From Vallitalea sp. (GTDB lineage: Bacteria; Bacillota; Clostridia; Lachnospirales; Vallitaleaceae): 32,000 nucleotides of DNA. Positions 26,370-32,000 of the stretch are shown here, piece by piece; the stretch's first letter is position 1; each line of letters starts with the position of its first letter. The notes under the pieces are model-generated. The model ran no database searches and had not been told where the DNA came from. It was given only the letters and a program-made list of their open reading frames with translations. A program made the position numbers and the translations under genes. Where the stretch lies: the NCBI GenBank assembly GCA_025210515.1, contig JAOARM010000015.1, positions 34,555 to 66,554 on the forward strand, in the 5' to 3' direction.

Positions 26370-26975
26370 CTATTTATCCAACTCAATATATGACACTACA
26401 AGTTCTACAAAAGAATTTTCCAAATGTGACGATAGAACTATATAGTTGGTTTGAGTATCTGTATTTTCCCAATAAATATCGGTGCCCTTGATTGTTGAAC
26501 CATTATACTCAAAATCAACATCCTTGCGAAAGGTTTCCTCGCCGTAAATCCTAGTTAATTCATCAAAAATATCTTTATTTATCTTTTCTAAATTACCATT
26601 ATTAATCTTTAAGGTTACACTAATAAGTTCATTTGATTTGAATTGAAAAGATATATCGGCATAACTATCCAGCAATTTAATATTTACATCATGGGGTGAA
26701 AAAACAGCACCTGCATATTCTGTATTTTTTCTGTAGTCAAAAGGCTGAGGTTCAGAACCGACAATTGGTTCGCCAAAGTCATAACCCAAGCTTTTCTCAA
26801 CTTCCTCCACAGACATTCCCCATTCAGTATTTGGAAATAAATATTCACCATTCTCATTATGTAGTTCTTCCAAGTCTAATTTTATGTCAGTACTACTTTG
26901 ACAGGAACATAATAAAAAAATGATGATAACAAATGTAACTGCTAATAAACACCTTTGTTTTTTATTATATCTCAT
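26370..26975 (-). CDS. Lipoprotein (201 aa), unknown function, flanked by the direct repeats
   Basis: Signal peptide with IIFLLCSCQSS, the same LCSC lipobox-like motif as the 886 aa protein. RBS GGGGG 7 nt upstream. Confidence 0.7.
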   Translation of the reverse strand: MRYNKKQRCLLAVTFVIIIFLLCSCQSSTDIKLDLEELHNENGEYLFPNTEWGMSVEEVEKSLGYDFGEPIVGSEPQPFDYRKNTEYAGAVFSPHDVNIKLLDSYADISFQFKSNELISVTLKINNGNLEKINKDIFDELTRIYGEETFRKDVDFEYNGSTIKGTDIYWENTDTQTNYIVLSSHLENSFVELVVSYIELDK

Positions 26976-27044
26976 ATTTCAACCCCCATATCAGATTTGG
27001 TTTACTGGAACTATTAATTGAAAAATCCACATTAAAAACAAGTC

Positions 27045-27210
27045 GTGATTAATAAAAAATATTTTATTTTAGCAATTGTTAATATTTTAATATAACTGTT
27101 GTGTTTTATCAAGCTATCCATAGAATTAGAGCATTCTCATTACTATTAATAACAAGATGCTCCTTCTAATAAAATTTATATATAATCTTATATTATAACG
27201 CTTTAACTCC
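27045..27210. repeat. Direct repeat copy B (166 bp), covering the glnB 3' end and downstream region
   Basis: See copy A. Here the hairpin is retained, but the T-tract is replaced by TAATTCTA on the minus strand. Confidence 0.85.
27084..27112 (-). promoter_or_regulatory. Promoter inside repeat copy B, positioned to drive the 201 aa lipoprotein gene
   Basis: On the minus strand: TTGATA (27107-27112), a 17 nt spacer, then TAAAAT (27084-27089). It is paralogous to the 26139-26167 promoter. Confidence 0.5.
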
Positions 27211-27540
27211 TTCTTCTCCCGTCCTAATCTTAATAACATTTTCAACAGGATATATAAATATCTTTCCATCTCCAATTTGCCCAGTCTTCAATACCTTTTT
27301 AGCTGTATTAATTACTTTATCAACTGGAACTTCACATACTACTATTTCTAGCTTCACCTTTGGCAGCAGATTAATATTAAGAGGAATACCTCTATATGTT
27401 TCTGTAATACCTTTTTGCATCCCACATCCCAAAACATGTGTTACAGTCATACCTGTTATCCCAATATCATGTAATGCATCTTTTAATTCTTCAAATTTAG
27501 ATGGTCTTGTAATAATATCTATCTTAGTCATTTTATCCAT
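27193..27540 (-). CDS. glnB: Nitrogen regulatory protein P-II (GlnB/GlnK family)
   Basis: Contains TKIDIITRPSKFEELKDALHDIGITGMTVTHVLGCGMQKG...YRG (T-loop region) and GQIGDGKIFIYPVENVIKIRTGEEG. The ATG at 27540 has AAGGAGGG upstream. The track start at 27618 is an extension that overlaps amtB. Confidence 0.92.
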   Translation of the reverse strand: MDKMTKIDIITRPSKFEELKDALHDIGITGMTVTHVLGCGMQKGITETYRGIPLNINLLPKVKLEIVVCEVPVDKVINTAKKVLKTGQIGDGKIFIYPVENVIKIRTGEEGVKAL

Positions 27541-27568
27541 ATTTAACCCTCCTTTTATTCCCACGTTT

Positions 27569-28783
27569 TTATAAATTAATATAAGCAGATATTCCATGTT
27601 CAATAGCATCAAGTCCATTAACCTCTGTATGTTCTTTAACTCTTAATCCCATAAACAATTTAATTAAGCTAAATGTTACAAAAGCTAATATTATGGCTGA
27701 TACTCCACATATAACTACACCTAATATTTGTATAATTAATAATCTTACTCCTCCTCCATATAATAGCCCTCCATTTATAGAGAAAATACCAATAGCAATA
27801 GTACCAAATGAGCCACAAACTCCATGTACAGAAATTGCTCCTACTGGATCATCTATTTTAAGTTTTAGTTCAACAAATTCAACTGATATAATCATTATAA
27901 TTCCACTAAGTATTCCAACAATAATAGCTCCTATATAAGATATTTCATTCGCACCTGCGGTAATTCCTACAAGCCCCGCTAATGCACCATTTAAAGTTAG
28001 TGGAACATCTGGATTTTTGTATTTAATAAGGCAAAATACTAAGCTTGAAAAAGTTGCAGCCGCTCCACTAAGTAATGTAGTAATCGCAGCATGTACAGTG
28101 GCATCAGAAGTTATATCTAGCGTACTTCCTGGATTAAATCCAAACCATCCAAACCATAGGATTAATACTCCTAATGCACCTAGAGGAATATTATGCCCAG
28201 GTATTGCAGTAGCTTTACCTTTTCTATACTTTCCTGTTCTAGGCCCTACCATATAAGCACCTATAAAAGCACAAAAGCCACCTACTGCATGAACAGCTGT
28301 TCCACCTGCAAAATCTCTAAAACCAAATTGTTCAGCCAAAAATCCTCCTCCCCATATCCAATGTCCTATGATGGGATATATAAAAATAGTAGCTACAAAG
28401 CAAAATACCATATAGGAAGTGAATTTAGTTCTTTCTGCCATAGCACCTGAAACAATAGTGGCACAAGTAGCAGCAAAAATAGCTTGAAAGAAAAAGAATG
28501 CTTCAAATGATATACCATTGATTTCAATAGGTCTTTTCATTAACATTACCATATCTGTACCAATAACTCCTCCAATATCTGCTCCATACATAATAGAATA
28601 TCCTAAGAAAAAATAACATAAAACACCTATTGAAACTGTAACGAAGTTTTTCATTATTATATTTACTGCATTTTTAGACTGAGTAAATCCCACTTCAACC
28701 ATAGCAAAACCTGCATGCATCAAAAATACAAAAATACTAGCAATCAGAACCCACATTGAATTAATAAAATAAGTCGTATTCAT
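27569..28783 (-). CDS. amtB: Ammonium transporter AmtB
   Basis: About 11 TM segments, with FAMVEVGF, DFAGGTAVHAVGG and VHGVCGSFGTIAIG motifs. The ATG at 28783 has AGGAGG upstream. The track start at 28843 is a TTG extension. Confidence 0.93.
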   Translation of the reverse strand: MNTTYFINSMWVLIASIFVFLMHAGFAMVEVGFTQSKNAVNIIMKNFVTVSIGVLCYFFLGYSIMYGADIGGVIGTDMVMLMKRPIEINGISFEAFFFFQAIFAATCATIVSGAMAERTKFTSYMVFCFVATIFIYPIIGHWIWGGGFLAEQFGFRDFAGGTAVHAVGGFCAFIGAYMVGPRTGKYRKGKATAIPGHNIPLGALGVLILWFGWFGFNPGSTLDITSDATVHAAITTLLSGAAATFSSLVFCLIKYKNPDVPLTLNGALAGLVGITAGANEISYIGAIIVGILSGIIMIISVEFVELKLKIDDPVGAISVHGVCGSFGTIAIGIFSINGGLLYGGGVRLLIIQILGVVICGVSAIILAFVTFSLIKLFMGLRVKEHTEVNGLDAIEHGISAYINL

Positions 28784-28859
28784 ATAATTATCCTCCTTTA
28801 TAATTTTAACAAAAAAGTAACTATTTAGCTTTTGGGGTAGCAAATTTTCCCACAGGAAA

Positions 28860-28879
28860 TTTCTTTAACGTTAAAGAAA
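28860..28879. promoter_or_regulatory. Perfect 20 bp palindrome TTTCTTTAACGTTAAAGAAA in the amtB leader
   Basis: Read directly from the sequence. It is immediately followed on the transcript by a second hairpin, AAATTTCC-TGTG-GGAAAATTT (about 28840-28861). Confidence 0.4.
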
Positions 28880-28925
28880 AGGTTTATACTTCCTTAACTA
28901 AATTAAATTACTTTCCTATAGCATT

Positions 28926-28957
28926 AAAAAAGCCCATACATCAATTATGACGTATGG
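28926..28957 (-). terminator. Intrinsic terminator (attenuator) inside the amtB 5' leader
   Basis: On the minus strand: CCATACGTCA-TAAT-TGATGTATGG followed by GCTTTTTT. The stem is 10 bp including one G-U pair. It lies about 70-100 nt downstream of the predicted transcription start and about 145 nt upstream of the start codon. Confidence 0.6.
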
Positions 28958-29022
28958 ACTTCATTGTCCTTCATATTATCTAATATATACTAGAAATAAT
29001 TTTAGAATTCTCCGTTGAATTC
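28956..29022 (-). promoter_or_regulatory. ANTAR-like dual hexaloop hairpin element overlapping the leader terminator
   Basis: P1 is GAATTC-AACGGA-GAATTC (29005-29022). P2 is GGAC-AATGAA-GTCC (28956-28969). Both hexaloops have A at position 1 and G at position 4. The P2 3' arm shares bases with the terminator 5' arm. The linker is 35 nt. Confidence 0.45.
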
Positions 29023-29031
29023 ATGTTATAT

Positions 29032-29060
29032 ATTATATGCTATAAAGGGATTTATGTCAA
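29032..29060 (-). promoter_or_regulatory. Consensus sigma-A promoter of amtB-glnB
   Basis: On the minus strand: TTGACA (29055-29060), exactly 17 nt, then TATAAT (29032-29037). Confidence 0.7.
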
Positions 29061-29432
29061 TATTTTTTCTTTATAATTTTAATATGGTATTTTATAGAAT
29101 AATCCAACAAATGATTTCTCCTTAGTTTATCTATTCATTTATGGGTTATATTAAAACTATTTATTTTATTTCTAAACTAACACCTTTATTAAAATGGTCA
29201 TTCATAATAAAATATATCTGTTAGTATATACTATACGTAGTATTAGCAGACAATAATACAATATTATTATTACTATAAGCATATATTCCAGTTATTGTTC
29301 ATTTTCCCTACTTGATTATTTATCAAATAACAGTTACACTATATAGTTGATGTCCTAATAAAAAAAACTCTTAAATGAACTTATCATTTAATTAAAATAA
29401 ACATAATAAAAAAACAAGAAAGCAGGGTACTT

Positions 29433-31244
29433 ATGTCTGAACAAAAAATTATTAATATAGCTGTTATAGCTCATGTTGATGCAGGTAAATCAACACTAGT
29501 AGATGCATTTTTACACCAAAGTGGAATTTTTAGAAAAAATCAAGAAATCGTTGATCAAGTTATGGACAGTAACGATCTAGAAAGAGAACGTGGAATTACT
29601 ATCTACTCCAAAAACTGTTCAATTAACTACAAAGACTATAAAATTAATATAGTTGATACTCCAGGACATGCTGATTTTTCATCTGAGGTAGAGAGAATAA
29701 TTAAAACAGTAGATACTGTTATTTTGTTAGTTGACTCTAGTGAAGGACCAATGCCTCAAACAAGATTTGTTCTTGAAAAATCTCTTCAACATAATCTTAA
29801 TCCAATTTTATTTATTAATAAAATTGATAAAAAAGACCAACGAGCAGAAGAAGTAGTTGATATGACTTTTGACTTATTCGCAGAACTTGGTGCTAATGAT
29901 GAACAATTAGACTTCCCAATAATATATGGAGTTGCTAGAGATGGTATAGCAAAATATTCAATGGATGATGATTATACTGATCTTACTCCACTTTTTGAAA
30001 CTATCGTTAAACATACAAAACCTTATCCAGATAATAATGAAAAACCTCTACAATTACAAATATCAGCTCTAGGATATGATGATTATATTGGTAGATTAGG
30101 TATTGGTAGAGTAACAAACGGTGTAATAAAAGAAGGTCAACAAATATCAATATCTAAGCGTGATGGTAGTATTGAAAAAGGAAAAATTTCTAAACTTTTT
30201 TCATATGAAGGATTAAACCAAGTTTCCAAAAAAGAAGTTATAAGTGGTGATATAGCTGTTATAGCTGGTATCTCTGATATCTCTATTGGAGAGACTTACT
30301 GTGATATTGATAATGTAGTTCCTATGGAATTAATTAAAATAGAAGAACCAACTTTATCAATGAACTTCTTTGTTAATAATTCACCTTTTGCTGGTAATTC
30401 TGGTAAATATGTAACTACAAGACATATAAGAGATAGATTAGACAAAGAATTAGAAGTTAATGTAGGTCTTAGAGTTGAAGAAATTGCCGGTACAGACGGA
30501 TACAAAGTATCTGGTAGAGGAGAACTTCACTTATCAATATTGATTGAAAATATGAGAAGAGAAGGTTACGAGCTTAGTGTTTCAAAACCAGAAGTTCTTA
30601 TGCATAGAGAAGATGGTAAGTTATTAGAACCTGTAGAAAGAGTTATTATTAATATACCTGATGAATATTCTGGAACAGCAATTAGCAAGCTTAACCTAAG
30701 AAAAGGTAGAATGGAACAAATGATTTCTGAAAATGGATTTACAAAACTAGAGTATATTGTTCCAACTAGAGGATTGCTTGGATTTAGAAGTGAATTAATT
30801 ACTGATTCAAGAGGAGAAGGAACTATTATTCGTTCATTTGAAGCTTATGAACCTCATAAAGGTGAAATACCTTCTAGAACTAATGGTGTACTTATTTCTG
30901 GAGAAGGTGGTACTGCAATGCCTTATTCACTAAATAATCTTTCTCAAAGAGGTACTATGATTATTCATCCAACAACGCAAGTTTATGAAGGTATGATAAT
31001 AGGTATATGTTCAAGAAAAGAAGATATGACCGTTAATCCTTGTAAAAACAAAAAATTAACTAATACTCGTTCATCTGGTGCAGATGATGCTGTTAAATTA
31101 TCTCCTCCAAAAGTATTTAGTTTAGAAGAAGCATTAGAATTTATAGCTGACGATGAATTAGTCGAAATAACTCCTGATGACATTCGTTTGAGAAAAAAAT
31201 ACTTAAAAGAAAGCGATAGAAATAAAAATAATAAAAGAAAATAA
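29433..31244 (+). CDS. typA: Translational GTPase TypA/BipA
   Basis: Contains IAVIAHVDAGKSTLVD (G1), DTPGHADF (G3) and NKIDK (G4) motifs, with EF-G-like domains. 603 aa. Confidence 0.95.
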   Translation: MSEQKIINIAVIAHVDAGKSTLVDAFLHQSGIFRKNQEIVDQVMDSNDLERERGITIYSKNCSINYKDYKINIVDTPGHADFSSEVERIIKTVDTVILLVDSSEGPMPQTRFVLEKSLQHNLNPILFINKIDKKDQRAEEVVDMTFDLFAELGANDEQLDFPIIYGVARDGIAKYSMDDDYTDLTPLFETIVKHTKPYPDNNEKPLQLQISALGYDDYIGRLGIGRVTNGVIKEGQQISISKRDGSIEKGKISKLFSYEGLNQVSKKEVISGDIAVIAGISDISIGETYCDIDNVVPMELIKIEEPTLSMNFFVNNSPFAGNSGKYVTTRHIRDRLDKELEVNVGLRVEEIAGTDGYKVSGRGELHLSILIENMRREGYELSVSKPEVLMHREDGKLLEPVERVIINIPDEYSGTAISKLNLRKGRMEQMISENGFTKLEYIVPTRGLLGFRSELITDSRGEGTIIRSFEAYEPHKGEIPSRTNGVLISGEGGTAMPYSLNNLSQRGTMIIHPTTQVYEGMIIGICSRKEDMTVNPCKNKKLTNTRSSGADDAVKLSPPKVFSLEEALEFIADDELVEITPDDIRLRKKYLKESDRNKNNKRK

Positions 31245-31310
31245 TAATTTTACATGGTAACATCATATATTATAATATTCAAATATAAGTTGCATCATGA
31301 AATATAAAAG

Positions 31311-31350
31311 AAGCTAGTATAATGGTTAAATCTATTATATCTAGCTTTTT
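31311..31350 (+). terminator. Intrinsic terminator after typA
   Basis: AGCTAGTATAAT pairs with ATTATATCTAGCT (1 nt bulge), followed by TTTTTCT. Confidence 0.6.
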
Positions 31351-31485
31351 CTATGGAAATATTTAATAAGTATGATAAATATTATTGTTGACAATACACA
31401 TATCTATTAGTGACTATAAAAAAACTTTGTATGTCAAACTATTAGTGCAATAAGATTTTTAAAAACAAAATTTTTGCACATCTTA

Positions 31486-31514
31486 TTGACATTTGCAAAA
31501 TGGAAGATTATACT
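31486..31514 (+). promoter_or_regulatory. Sigma-A type promoter for the rightmost gene
   Basis: TTGACA (31486-31491), a 17 nt spacer, then TATACT (31509-31514). Confidence 0.55.
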
Positions 31515-31628
31515 TATACTGGGGGAGAATTGAAAGTATTTTATTATAAATTAGGTATTAAATTAATCACTTTGTGATAAATTTATATATACAATTATTA
31601 GCTTAATATATGAAGGAGGAAATTGATA

Positions 31629-32000
31629 ATGGCAACAAAAAGATCTTATCGTTGGGAAGAAATTAGTAAAACTAACCCAATCTTTTCACAAATCCGTACT
31701 ACTATTGAAACTCCATTTTATGGAAATAATGTAGTAGAAGTTAACTCAATTAAAGAGGCATACAAATTAGCGGCGGATTCACCAGGTACTATTGTTACTG
31801 ATATTCCTGTATTTGAACCAGAAAAACTTGGTTTAGATTCAGACTCAAAAGTTTTATTATTCAATGACGGTGCTGTAAAAGGTCGTTGTGCCGCAGCTAG
31901 AAGAATTCTTGGTGAACCAAATGTAGATCAAGAAGAATATGCTTCTAAAATTAGAGAAGCTGTATATGGTACTAGATATACTACAATGTATCATGCACAA
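31629..32000 (+). CDS. N-terminal 124 codons of an unidentified protein; continues beyond the right edge of the window
   Basis: ATG at 31629 with GAAGGAGGA upstream. The frame is open to the window end: MATKRSYRWEEISKTNPIFSQIRTTIETPFYGNNVVEVNS...FNDGAVKGRCAAARRILGEPNVDQEEY... It is absent from the ORF track because it is truncated. I do not recognise the family. Confidence 0.6.
   Translation, partial: MATKRSYRWEEISKTNPIFSQIRTTIETPFYGNNVVEVNSIKEAYKLAADSPGTIVTDIPVFEPEKLGLDSDSKVLLFNDGAVKGRCAAARRILGEPNVDQEEYASKIREAVYGTRYTTMYHAQ

Noticed and set aside
28784-29432. GlnR/TnrA-type boxes (TGTNAN7TNACA) in the amtB-typA intergenic region
   Set aside because: The nearest candidate, TGTTAGTATATACTATACG near 29219, fails on the right half-site. 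I found no other match by eye.
1-32000. Mobile elements, CRISPR arrays, tRNA/rRNA genes, and known defence systems
   Set aside because: I found no transposase, integrase or recombinase-like ORF and no regularly spaced direct repeats. I also found no cloverleaf-like GC-rich islands and no nuclease, ATPase or methylase gene clusters typical of defence islands.

Overview
This is a very AT-rich, Firmicutes/Clostridia-like chromosomal segment, mostly housekeeping genes on the minus strand. From the left it holds a streptococcal-type FASII operon (fabH-acpP-fabK-fabD-fabG-fabF-accB-fabZ-accC', 1-6920). Its fabH promoter carries a near-consensus FabT operator, but no fabT gene lies next to it. Upstream is a 5 kb accessory operon (7106-12253) encoding two lipoproteins and a third protein. 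The lipoproteins are built from three copies of a PD40-like (YSPDxKNYI) module. A divergent PadR / DUF1700 / DUF4097 envelope-sensor-like operon follows, then pgsA, an orphan 378 aa protein, and rsmA-tatD-metG. Next is a small islet with a 5'-truncated, frameshifted glycine-zipper gene remnant plus two small genes, then a DUF885 lipoprotein. After that come a TM1266-like ACT-type regulator with hydG, a lipoprotein gene flanked by a 166 bp segmental duplication that includes a decayed P-II gene fragment, amtB-glnB, typA, and the start of an unidentified gene. I saw no rRNA, tRNA, CRISPR array, transposase or integrase. The most interesting non-coding signals are three. One is a free-standing promoter-to-terminator unit of about 148 nt upstream of the hydrogenase-maturation genes. 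The second is an ANTAR-like dual hexaloop hairpin overlapping an intrinsic terminator in the amtB leader. The third is the duplication around the 26370-26975 lipoprotein gene. Many ORF-track N-termini are over-extended through GTG/TTG codons, so I re-set starts where an RBS and family N-termini support it. All family calls come from motif recognition by eye, not from searches.
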